Assembly: GCA_017937095.1 (NCBI GenBank)
Contig: JAGBEG010000012.1
Location: 168,101-232,100 of the forward strand
Source of the DNA: Roseburia sp.
GTDB taxonomy: Bacteria; Bacillota; Clostridia; Lachnospirales; Lachnospiraceae
Direction: 5' to 3'
Length of the DNA: 64,000 bases
The notes under the pieces are model-generated. The model was not told the DNA's origin. It made no database searches and saw only the letters and a list, made by a program, of their open reading frames with translations. Shown piece by piece: positions 56,243-64,000 of this stretch. Every line of letters begins with the position of its first letter. The first letter of the stretch is position 1. The translations under genes were made by a program, and so were the position numbers.

Positions 56243-56716
56243 TTACAGATAAGACGGTTCCGTATAGGATTCGGGACTGGTGTAATCCGCCGCATAGAAA
56301 TTGATTTCCTGCTCGATGAAACCGCCCTCGGCGTCGAACATCGACAGAAGCACATCCCCGTCAAGTACACAGTCGGTGTACACCTTGGTACTGCGCCCCA
56401 TACAGGTCGATGCGTCGTTATTTGTGGTCTGGATTTCAAACACCGGAAGCTTGCCTGTGTTCTTGTACTCCGTCACCACGCGGTCAAACATTTCCGTGCA
56501 TTTATACACGGTCATCTTTCCCTGAATCACCATGCCTGTCGGCTTCCTGCCGGAAATGATTTTGCCGAGCACCGGAATTTCCTCGGTGCTGATACTTGCC
56601 TTCGCCTCAAAATTTTTCGCGTGAAGCGCCGCATAGCGCCGTCCGCCTATCGTGACAAAGCACTCCGCCTCTTTTGCGCTTGGCACGTCCTGTTCATTCA
56701 TATATGTATTCAACAT
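56243..56716 (-). CDS. xkdM: XkdM-like tail tube protein
   Basis: Follows the sheath; FEIQTTNND. Confidence 0.85.
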   Translation of the reverse strand: MLNTYMNEQDVPSAKEAECFVTIGGRRYAALHAKNFEAKASISTEEIPVLGKIISGRKPTGMVIQGKMTVYKCTEMFDRVVTEYKNTGKLPVFEIQTTNNDASTCMGRSTKVYTDCVLDGDVLLSMFDAEGGFIEQEINFYAADYTSPESYTEPSYL

Positions 56717-56727
56717 TTTTCCACCTC

Positions 56728-58008
56728 CTACTGAACCACTACGGTCATATAAAGCTGTGACATTGCGCCTACGATCGTAACTTTATCCTCCACGGATACG
56801 CCGCGTTTCTCGCTTCCCGCCGTCACGACAACATCTTCCTCCGAAAAGCCCTCGATTGCGCCGCGCTTTTCAAGCTCCTTGTGATGGCGCACGATATCGC
56901 TCCAGAGGCTCACACGCCCTGCCTCGTTGTTCTGAATCTTCCCGTGATACTTTTCATTGAACAGCGCTGCGATATCCATCGCGATCTGATCGAGCACACG
57001 GATGGTCTGATTGCTCTGGAAAAGCTCATTCTTATCCTCGGTCAACGTCACAAGCGAATTGATATCCTCCAGAATACGAACTTCCGTGCCGACCGAATGA
57101 AGTACAAGCTCGCCCGCTGCGATTGCCTTCTCAAGCTGTGTCTGCGTGTAGGAGGTATCTATAGAAAGCTCGCCGTCGTACACCGCGTTCGTGCAGGTTG
57201 CGTTCACCGCGCACGCTGCTTCCATACCTGTAATCCACGGGATAATATCCATGCCGTTTTTCACATTGATGACGCTCTCGCTGTCCGCATCGCAGCCGTA
57301 AAGCACACACTGGAACTTCGTGCCAACCTGATCACGCATACGTCTGGCATATGCTGCGTATAATGCCTTTGTCGTGGCGTCATCCGTGCAGACTCCCATT
57401 GCATTAAAGCTGTACGGCTCGAGCGCGTCCAGATACGCCTGATGCGACTCCCCTGTGATTGTCCCGTTCGTACCTCCGGTAAGTGCTGTTCCGGCGGTTG
57501 CCGAAAGCTCCGCATCCTTTTTCCAGATGACAAATTCGTTGTCCGAAAGCTCCGCCGCACTCTTCACGGTCTGCGCGTCCACGAGGGCTGCATCCATGTA
57601 GAGCTTCACGTCATACGCGCCTTCCACATCAACGCTGTCGCCCACGACGACGCGGAGTGCATTTCCGCGAATGCCCGAATACCTTGCCGTTGCAAACAGG
57701 TTGGACGCTTTCTCTCCCCCGGACGTCAGCTTGTACAGATATGCCTTTGTCGCATGACGGAAAAGCTCCCTAAGCGGCTGCATCTGCTCTGCGGAATACG
57801 GATATCCAAAGACGGCAACCGTATCCTTAAGAAAATCCTCCTGCTCCACGGTAAAGATTACATGATCCGGCCCCCAGTCCAACGCAAGCGGCATCGTTGC
57901 CGCTCCGCGCCCGCTAAGCGCCGCTGCCGCTCTCGCCGCAGAAATAAAATTAATGTATGCACCGGGCAGAACCTTGTTCTGACTGGTAAATGTTCCTCCT
58001 CCTAACAT
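56728..58008 (-). CDS. xkdK: XkdK-like contractile tail sheath
   Basis: GGTFTSQNKVLPGAYINF, LDWGP, IRVLDQIA. Confidence 0.92.
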   Translation of the reverse strand: MLGGGTFTSQNKVLPGAYINFISAARAAAALSGRGAATMPLALDWGPDHVIFTVEQEDFLKDTVAVFGYPYSAEQMQPLRELFRHATKAYLYKLTSGGEKASNLFATARYSGIRGNALRVVVGDSVDVEGAYDVKLYMDAALVDAQTVKSAAELSDNEFVIWKKDAELSATAGTALTGGTNGTITGESHQAYLDALEPYSFNAMGVCTDDATTKALYAAYARRMRDQVGTKFQCVLYGCDADSESVINVKNGMDIIPWITGMEAACAVNATCTNAVYDGELSIDTSYTQTQLEKAIAAGELVLHSVGTEVRILEDINSLVTLTEDKNELFQSNQTIRVLDQIAMDIAALFNEKYHGKIQNNEAGRVSLWSDIVRHHKELEKRGAIEGFSEEDVVVTAGSEKRGVSVEDKVTIVGAMSQLYMTVVVQ

Positions 58009-58172
58009 ACTCCCACCATTCCTTTCATGTATTTTTCAATCATTTTGTCCACATCACTCAAAGAGTACTTTTTGCTGCCGCTAAGGAGCGCTGACAGCAG
58101 ATCGCGTTTGTCCGCATAGCGCTTTGACTCCATAAGCTGCTCTTTCGTGTATATCTTAGTTCCTGTCGCCAT
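58002..58172 (-). CDS. Small conserved pre-sheath protein (56 aa)
   Basis: Hand-translated MATGTKIYTKEQLMESKRYADKRDLLSALL... Confidence 0.65.
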   Translation of the reverse strand: MATGTKIYTKEQLMESKRYADKRDLLSALLSGSKKYSLSDVDKMIEKYMKGMVGVC

Positions 58173-58590
58173 TTTTTACCTCTCCTTTCATTTGATAATT
58201 TTCCATGTAATTTTCTGTTTCCTTCTGGTTTAAAAACATCACGTATTCCGCCACAACCACAAGTCCATCTCCGGAAATGTCCTCGCAGGTCAGGTTCCCA
58301 CGGATTTTTCTGCCCTCCGCCTCAATCAGTTCCAGACAGTCATAAAGCTTTTCAAACACCGTGTTCATTTCCTGATTCGGCGTCTGCGATGCCGGAAGAT
58401 ACTGAATGGAAAACAACAGCGTCATTTTCTTTCGCTCTCCGGGTAGCCTCTCGATTCCCGGATTCCTGCACCGTATGAAAAAGATTGGCGCTCCGCTTCC
58501 CTGTTCTGCTTCCTCCTTACAGATCAGACAGCCGCTTCCAAACGTTCCCCCAATGGCATCCGCTATCGAACCCATTACTTCATTGATCAT
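58156..58590 (-). CDS. Tail terminator-like protein
   Basis: First late gene; EEAEQG...PIFFI...IQYLP pattern. Confidence 0.7.
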   Translation of the reverse strand: MINEVMGSIADAIGGTFGSGCLICKEEAEQGSGAPIFFIRCRNPGIERLPGERKKMTLLFSIQYLPASQTPNQEMNTVFEKLYDCLELIEAEGRKIRGNLTCEDISGDGLVVVAEYVMFLNQKETENYMENYQMKGEVKNGDRN

Positions 58591-58641
58591 TTCACACCTC
58601 CTTTCGCCTGCGGTTCTTTTGATTTGCTTCTTGCAGTTTAC

Positions 58642-58683
58642 ACTATAGCATCCGAAAATCGGACAGTCCGGACAGAACGGACA
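58642..58683 (-). promoter_or_regulatory. Activator-dependent late promoter
   Basis: Extended -10 TGCTATAGT, no -35; three TGTCCG repeats at 9-bp spacing upstream. Confidence 0.6.
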
Positions 58684-58687
58684 AACC

Positions 58688-59110
58688 TTAATTTTCTTTC
58701 ATAAACCGCTCAAACTCCTTGCGGACGCTCTCTCCGGTCGTGTTTCTTCCAATCCGGTCCGCCGTCTGTTCCCAGCTTAAACCTTCGAAAAAACGATACC
58801 GGATGATCCGCTGCATACGCGCAGGACTTACGTTCATCCACTCCTCCACCAGAAGCTTGGACGCCTCCGCTCTCGCGATCCGGTCCTCTAAAAGCTTTTC
58901 CTCCGCGCGGAGCCTGATATCGTCCGAGGTCGTAAACGGCGTTCCCTCCACCGTAAAATGCGTCTGTACATATGGAAACTGATTCATGGAACCGCTCACG
59001 CTGTCCTTTACGATTGTCTGGCGCTTTCTGCGCAGCTTTTCAATATCCTCCTCTGTTTCCTTAATCAGCACACAGGCGTCTATGTATTCATTCAATGCGT
59101 TTTTATCCAT
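58688..59110 (-). CDS. ArpU/RinA-like late transcription activator
   Basis: Start ATG 59110 (RBS GGAGG); RIIRYRFFEGLSWEQTADRIG sigma-4-like HTH. Confidence 0.8.
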   Translation of the reverse strand: MDKNALNEYIDACVLIKETEEDIEKLRRKRQTIVKDSVSGSMNQFPYVQTHFTVEGTPFTTSDDIRLRAEEKLLEDRIARAEASKLLVEEWMNVSPARMQRIIRYRFFEGLSWEQTADRIGRNTTGESVRKEFERFMKEN

Positions 59111-59137
59111 ATATTTTTCCTCCATTCTCTTTCTACT

Positions 59138-59358
59138 CACGTTTCGTGTGTTCTTTTGGCAGAAATATGCCGCGGTGCATCGGCGTACCCGACCATTCCG
59201 CCGCTTTTCATGCATGACGCTACCGGGGCTGTCCGTTTCATGCATGTTTTTAAAATCAGAACATTTGTTCGTTTCATCTGTAATATACACGATTCGTGAG
59301 TTTATGTCAACACATTTTGTGTGTATATCTTGTTTGTTTCTCACAATTCGTGTACAAT
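59138..59358. promoter_or_regulatory. Divergent promoters, four 11-bp operators and a LexA-type box
   Basis: CAC-N5-GTG at 59138, 59288, 59311, 59342; GAAC-ATTT-GTTC at 59259-59270; minus TTGACA-17-TATATT; plus TTGTTT-17-TACAAT. Confidence 0.7.
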
Positions 59359-59390
59359 AAGGAAATAAAAGACAGAAAGGATGTAGAACC

Positions 59391-59783
59391 ATGCCGGAAT
59401 TTAAAGATATGCTGAAATATTTCCGAATGAAGGAGAATCTTTCCCAGAGCGAGCTGGCAGCAAAGCTTGGTATTTCACCATCGGCTGTCAGTATGTATGA
59501 AGTAGGGAAACGGGAACCGGATTTTGAAACCGAGGAGAAGATTGCGGATTTTTTCCATACGGATCTTGATACGCTGCGGGGACGCGAGAGTAGTGACGCA
59601 GAACAGCAGCCTTCCTACTATCTTGACAAGGATTCCTCCGATGCCGCGCAGTTTTTATTCAGCAATCCGGAGTACAAGGTGCTCTTTGACGCTTCCAGAA
59701 AGGTGAAGCCGGAAGATATCAATCTCGTCGCAGAGATGATCAAGCGGATGGCAGGCGGAAGTTCCGACGACACCGGATGTTAG
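59391..59783 (+). CDS. XRE-family repressor (ImmR/cI-like)
   Basis: LKYFRMKENLSQSELAAKLGISPSAVSMYEVGKREP. Confidence 0.9.
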   Translation: MPEFKDMLKYFRMKENLSQSELAAKLGISPSAVSMYEVGKREPDFETEEKIADFFHTDLDTLRGRESSDAEQQPSYYLDKDSSDAAQFLFSNPEYKVLFDASRKVKPEDINLVAEMIKRMAGGSSDDTGC

Positions 59784-59784
59784 T

Positions 59785-60066
59785 ATGTGTCCAAAGAATT
59801 GGACACATACCATGCTATACTGTCCACAGATAGGAGGAATGCGCGTGGATAATGTAAGAACGATTTATTGTGACCTTCCAAACACGGTGGGCGGATTTAC
59901 AGTCGCAACTGCCGACGATTATTTTACAATCGTCTTAAACCAGAATTTATCTTATTATCAGAATTTGGAAACTTACCGACACGAACTTATGCACATCGAA
60001 AACGGTGACTTCGATAAGACATGCTCTGCGGATTTGATTGAAGTGTGTGCACACAACATTATTTAG
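59785..60066 (+). CDS. ImmA/IrrE-like short metallopeptidase
   Basis: YFTIVLNQNL...HELMH (HExxH); true start probably near 59819. Confidence 0.75.
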   Translation: MCPKNWTHTMLYCPQIGGMRVDNVRTIYCDLPNTVGGFTVATADDYFTIVLNQNLSYYQNLETYRHELMHIENGDFDKTCSADLIEVCAHNII

Positions 60067-60105
60067 ATTTCGCATATGATATAGAAAATGTTTTCCGGGC
60101 GTGCC

Positions 60106-60267
60106 ATGAATAACTGCCAAAATCTCTATTTCCTGTCAACCCTTGCCTGCCAGCTTGCAGACTGCCTGACCGCAGATGAACTTGCCGTGCTCTCTGCCGA
60201 CCTGATGACGCTTGGGGATATGCTTGCGTCCATCCTTGCGCGCAGGGATGCCTGCGATAATGAATAG
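60106..60267 (+). CDS. Small conserved protein (DUF6774-like, 53 aa)
   Basis: Hand-translated LACQLADCLTADELAVLSADLMTLGDML. Confidence 0.55.
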   Translation: MNNCQNLYFLSTLACQLADCLTADELAVLSADLMTLGDMLASILARRDACDNE

Positions 60268-60293
60268 TTACACTCTGTTTTGCAGAGTATACA

Positions 60294-60330
60294 AAACGAA
60301 ACCGACGCATCTTTCCCGCGTCGGTTTCCT
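60294..60330. terminator. Hairpin between convergent small genes
   Basis: GAAACCGACGC...GCGTCGGTTTC. Confidence 0.65.
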
Positions 60331-60335
60331 TCCCA

Positions 60336-60482
60336 TCATCTCTTCTGATTAATCGGCTGTATGCCCTCTTTTCTTACATTGTGCGTCTGGTTCTGGTTCT
60401 CCGGCTTCACCTTCTGTGTCACGCTGTTGAACGCATTTAAGTTTTCCTGACGCTCCATCTTTTCCTGCGCTTTTTTATCCAT
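60336..60482 (-). CDS. Small hypothetical protein (48 aa, MDKKAQEKMERQENLNAF...)
   Basis: RBS GAGGTG; hand-translated. Confidence 0.55.
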   Translation of the reverse strand: MDKKAQEKMERQENLNAFNSVTQKVKPENQNQTHNVRKEGIQPINQKR

Positions 60483-60538
60483 ATTCTCACCTCTGTGATA
60501 GTATGGAACACTCCTCGAAATTTATACGAAAAACGCAA

Positions 60539-63500
60539 TTATTCCACGCTCTTTAGCGCCTCCACCGGGTCGATATGGTCCAGCGAACGATTCGTAATTG
60601 CATCCACAATCAGTGCAAATACGAAAGAAAGCCCCGCTGCGATCAGATAGCTTCTCATATGCAGCGACACCGCCAGATAGATGGAAGGCATATTCAGCAC
60701 ATAAGTGAGTGTCTGCGCGAACGCATAGCCAAGCGGTATGCCAAGCACAATTCCGATTGCCGTCAGAATCAGCGTCTCCTTATTCACATACAAATGCACC
60801 TCGCGGTCGAAAAAGCCAAGCACCTTAATTGTCGCAAGTTCTCTGCACCGCTCGGAAATATTGGTTGTTGAAAGCGTAAACAGCACCACAAACGCGAGAC
60901 ATGCCGCCATGACGATCACAATATATACCACCATATTGATCAGCGCAAACGCATCCGTAAATTCCTCCCGGAGTTCTTTTGTACTGACAACGGAAAGCAC
61001 GCCGTCTTTCTTCTCCATTTCATCCGCATAGGCGATCTGATCCGTGCATGCATCCGAAAGCTTCACAAACACACCGTTCGGCTCGTAAGCTCCAAAGAGC
61101 TTCTCATAAGCGGTCTGCGTCATGTAAATATTATTTCCCAGATAATTCTTTACCAGCGCGGACACCTGTGTTTCCTGCCGTTTCAAATCAATATCCTGAA
61201 TCCAAACGGTATCGCCCGCCTCAAATTCCAGCACATCCGCTGCATTCCGCGTGACAAACACATCGTCATCCAAAAGCGATATATCATTTCCGTCCAGATC
61301 CTGTAAATGAATATACGAGTTCAATGTTCCGTCATCCGGTACGACAATCAACTGCACCGTTTCCTCGTCTCCTGCCGCATTGATAAGCTTCACTGATGAA
61401 ATCTGCACATTCAGAAAATCAGAAACATTTTCATCTTCCTCGACATAAGACAGCAGTTGTTCGTTGTCCTTAGCAGAAGAGACCGCCATCAGATCATACT
61501 GATACACCTGCTCATACTGCCTTGGCATCAGATCTGTTACCGAATCTTTGACCGCAAATCCAAACAACAGCAATGCCATGCAGCCCATGATTCCCGACAC
61601 AGTCATAAAAAGCCTTTTCTTGTAGCGGAACAAATTACGCGCTGTCACCTTATTGAGAAAGGAAAGCCTGCTCCACACAGGCGTGACATACTCCAGAAAT
61701 ACCCGCGAACCGGAACGCGGCGCCTTGGGGCGCATCAGCACTGCCGGAGTCTGCAAAAGCTCCGCCTTGCATGCAAGCACTGCCGCAGCGGCAATTCCTG
61801 CGACAAACAGCAGCGCGCCTCCTATTCCATAGAGGATATCAAACTGCAGCAGATACGCAGGCAGCAAATACATCGTGTCAAAAATGACAAAAATGATGCC
61901 CGGCAATACCACAAATCCGCAGACGTCGCCCAAAATACTGCCAAGCAGACTTGCCGCCAATGCGTAGAGCAGATATTTACGGCGGATTTCCCTGTCGGTA
62001 AAGCCCAACGCCTTATACGTTCCAATGAGCCCGCGGTCTTCCTCCACCATACGGGTAATCGTCGTAAGACCGATCAGGATTGCCACGATAAAGAATACGA
62101 TCGGAAATACCGTACCGATCGCCTCGATAGACGCAGCATCGCTTTTTACATTCGCATAGCCGCTTAAGGAAGTGCGATCCTGTACATACCACTGCGTCAT
62201 GTCAATCTCTTCAATCTCTTCCCGTGCGTCTGCAAGCTTCTGCTCTACCTCGGCTTTTTTGTCCTGATATTCCGCCTCGCCGTCCGCAAGCTCGTGCTCT
62301 CCATCGGTAAGCTCCTGCCTGCCGTCCGCAAGCTCTGCTTCGGCGTCCGCGAGCTGCTTTGCCGTATCCCGCTCCTTTTCCTCCAGCTCCGCTTCTCCTT
62401 CGGCAAGCTTTGTCTCATTATAAGCAATTTCCGCCCGTCCGTCTGCAATCTGCTGTTTTCCGTAGGCTAACTGCCCTTCGGCATCCGCAAGCTGCCTTTC
62501 CGCTTCCTCAAACTGCTGCTTTGCCGTCTCTTCCTGCGCCAAAAGCGCGTCCATGCTTTCTGCCAGCACCTGTTCGGTTGCCCGCAGTCTGCCAAGCCCC
62601 AGCGCCAACTGCGGCATCTGCGCGGGGAGCGCATCGAGCTGCTGCTTTGCGGCTTCCAGTTCTGCCAGTCTTGTATCATATTCCGGCTCTGCCGGATCAA
62701 GCAGCGCCGCCTGTCCGTCGATTCCCTGCTTTGCGGTATCTACTGCCTGTGTCAGTGCCGCCAGATATGTATTCTGCTGCTCGGCGACCATGCCCGGCAC
62801 CGCCGCCTCGGCTGCCGTCACGTCTTCGCCTGCCGCCTGTGCGCCTGCGACCGGAAGATATGCATTCTGCGCCGCCTGCACATACGCATTCCACTCCGCT
62901 TCCGGCCACAGCTCCCCAAGCATTCCCGCGACCGTCTGTACCTGACCTTCTACCTCCACCTTCGCCGCCGCAGTCTGGCTCTGGCTTTCCGTAAGTTTGC
63001 TCCGCGCAGCCTCTATCTGCGCGTAAACCTCTGTCTCCTTCTGCGCCAGTTCATCTCTTGCCGCGTAAAGCTCCTGTTCTCCGCTTCCAAGCTCGCCCTC
63101 CGCCGCATCAAGCTGCGCGCTTCCGTCTGCAAGCGCCGCATACCCATCGGCAAGCTGCGCCCGCGCATCCGCGAAGCCGTCCTCTGCCTCCTGCTTTGCG
63201 TCATTAAGCTCCTGCTCTCCGTCTGCAAGCTCTTCCCAGCCATCTGCAAGCTCCTGCCTTGCATCATCAAGCTCCTGCTCGGCGTCTGCAAAAGCGTCCC
63301 CTGCTTCCTGCTCGGCATCCGCAAGCTTCTCATATGCCTCCCCTGTAATCTCGTCATAACGCGCCTGCTCCCGCTGTTCCTTGATCTGACTCTCAATCGC
63401 ATCCACGACCTCCGCCACCCGGCTCTCATATGCCTCGGAATAACAGAACAGCTCACTGCCGCCCTCGACTGTCAGATATACCTGTGTATAAATATCACTG

Positions 63501-64000
63501 TCTACCGCCTCCGGCAGCACAAAAAGCGTATGCTCTTCCGTTGATGAAGAGCGGAATACGACCGCCCCCTCGGAGTTGTTGATATCCAGCGGGTCTGTCG
63601 CTACGCCTGTAATTACGTATTCCGTATACCGGAAATTCGGCTTCTCCTCTTCCTCAAAATCTACATCCACATCGAGGTCTGCATCTTTCCCGGTCTCCGG
63701 CTCTGCATCTTCCCCGCTTTGGGCATCTTCCCCGGTCTCCTCTCCTGCATCCTTGTCGCCGTCGCCCGATTCAAGCTCCTCCTCTAGCACAAGCGTATCT
63801 CCAATCCCATATCCGGTATCTTCCGCGAATTTCCCCGTGACAGCAATCTCATCCGGTTCCTCGGGAAGCCTGCCCTCCGTTACATAAGGCATGTTCATAC
63901 CACTTCTGGAAAGCGTTTTTACATTGGCGCTCTGCTCCGTCTCCCCGATTCTGATATGCACCGTCTCGCTGTAGCCTCCTTCTGCCGCTTTCACGCCCTC
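60539..64000 (-). CDS. Large FtsX-like ABC transporter permease with coiled-coil region (5' end outside window)
   Basis: RMVEEDRGLIGTYKALG, NISERCRELATIKVLGF, IDPVEALKSVE. Confidence 0.9.
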   Translation of the reverse strand, partial: EGVKAAEGGYSETVHIRIGETEQSANVKTLSRSGMNMPYVTEGRLPEEPDEIAVTGKFAEDTGYGIGDTLVLEEELESGDGDKDAGEETGEDAQSGEDAEPETGKDADLDVDVDFEEEEKPNFRYTEYVITGVATDPLDINNSEGAVVFRSSSTEEHTLFVLPEAVDSDIYTQVYLTVEGGSELFCYSEAYESRVAEVVDAIESQIKEQREQARYDEITGEAYEKLADAEQEAGDAFADAEQELDDARQELADGWEELADGEQELNDAKQEAEDGFADARAQLADGYAALADGSAQLDAAEGELGSGEQELYAARDELAQKETEVYAQIEAARSKLTESQSQTAAAKVEVEGQVQTVAGMLGELWPEAEWNAYVQAAQNAYLPVAGAQAAGEDVTAAEAAVPGMVAEQQNTYLAALTQAVDTAKQGIDGQAALLDPAEPEYDTRLAELEAAKQQLDALPAQMPQLALGLGRLRATEQVLAESMDALLAQEETAKQQFEEAERQLADAEGQLAYGKQQIADGRAEIAYNETKLAEGEAELEEKERDTAKQLADAEAELADGRQELTDGEHELADGEAEYQDKKAEVEQKLADAREEIEEIDMTQWYVQDRTSLSGYANVKSDAASIEAIGTVFPIVFFIVAILIGLTTITRMVEEDRGLIGTYKALGFTDREIRRKYLLYALAASLLGSILGDVCGFVVLPGIIFVIFDTMYLLPAYLLQFDILYGIGGALLFVAGIAAAAVLACKAELLQTPAVLMRPKAPRSGSRVFLEYVTPVWSRLSFLNKVTARNLFRYKKRLFMTVSGIMGCMALLLFGFAVKDSVTDLMPRQYEQVYQYDLMAVSSAKDNEQLLSYVEEDENVSDFLNVQISSVKLINAAGDEETVQLIVVPDDGTLNSYIHLQDLDGNDISLLDDDVFVTRNAADVLEFEAGDTVWIQDIDLKRQETQVSALVKNYLGNNIYMTQTAYEKLFGAYEPNGVFVKLSDACTDQIAYADEMEKKDGVLSVVSTKELREEFTDAFALINMVVYIVIVMAACLAFVVLFTLSTTNISERCRELATIKVLGFFDREVHLYVNKETLILTAIGIVLGIPLGYAFAQTLTYVLNMPSIYLAVSLHMRSYLIAAGLSFVFALIVDAITNRSLDHIDPVEALKSVE

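Larger units (their letters stand above)
42935..60066. mobile_element. Headless PBSX/Xkd-type contractile tail and lysis locus (candidate tailocin)
   Basis: Sheath, tube, chaperone, tape measure, LysM, hub, baseplate, fibers, holin, lysin and regulators; no terminase, portal, capsid, replication or integrase ORF. Confidence 0.8.

Noticed and set aside
59111-59392. N-terminal extension of the 58688-59392 ORF
   Set aside because: The region holds promoters, operators and the LexA box; a strong RBS precedes ATG 59110
42935-60066. Intact prophage
   Set aside because: No terminase, portal, capsid, replication or integrase ORF between the repressor and the tail genes or after ImmA
215-63887. Numerous short antisense or nested ORFs in the track (e.g. 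306-587, 4229-4765, 15053-15481, 57442-58005, 61457-62167)
   Set aside because: They lie opposite or inside well-supported genes, with no RBS or family motifs; treated as shadow ORFs

Overview
Firmicute (Lachnospiraceae-like) chromosomal window with three parts. (1) 1-42203: the right part of a large integrative conjugative element (left end outside the window). It carries three tandem type I toxin-antitoxin modules, a Tad/Flp-like pilus operon, a Gram-positive T4SS (VirB4, VirB6-like, VirB2-like, PrgI, SleB-type hydrolase, split VirD4), MOB_P relaxase/MobC with a candidate oriT, MNT-HEPN and Fic genes, an iteron origin with Rep-like and ParA/ParB genes, a primase fusion, a phage-like cI/cro switch and a tyrosine integrase, ending at a tRNA-Gly-like 3' fragment (attR). 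(2) 42935-60066: a PBSX/Xkd-type contractile tail plus lysis locus with repressor, ImmA-like protease, LexA box and late activator, but no terminase, portal, capsid, replication or integrase gene, i.e. a candidate tailocin. (3) 60106-64000: host genes, including a large FtsX-like ABC permease truncated by the window end. The most unusual signals are a 108-nt tRNA-like RNA with two T-arms upstream of the ICE rep gene, acidic-linker plus Arg-rich C-terminal tails on many ICE enzymes (candidate T4SS cargo), apparently leaderless pilins with no prepilin peptidase, and the headless tail locus. All family names are from sequence recognition by eye, not from database searches.
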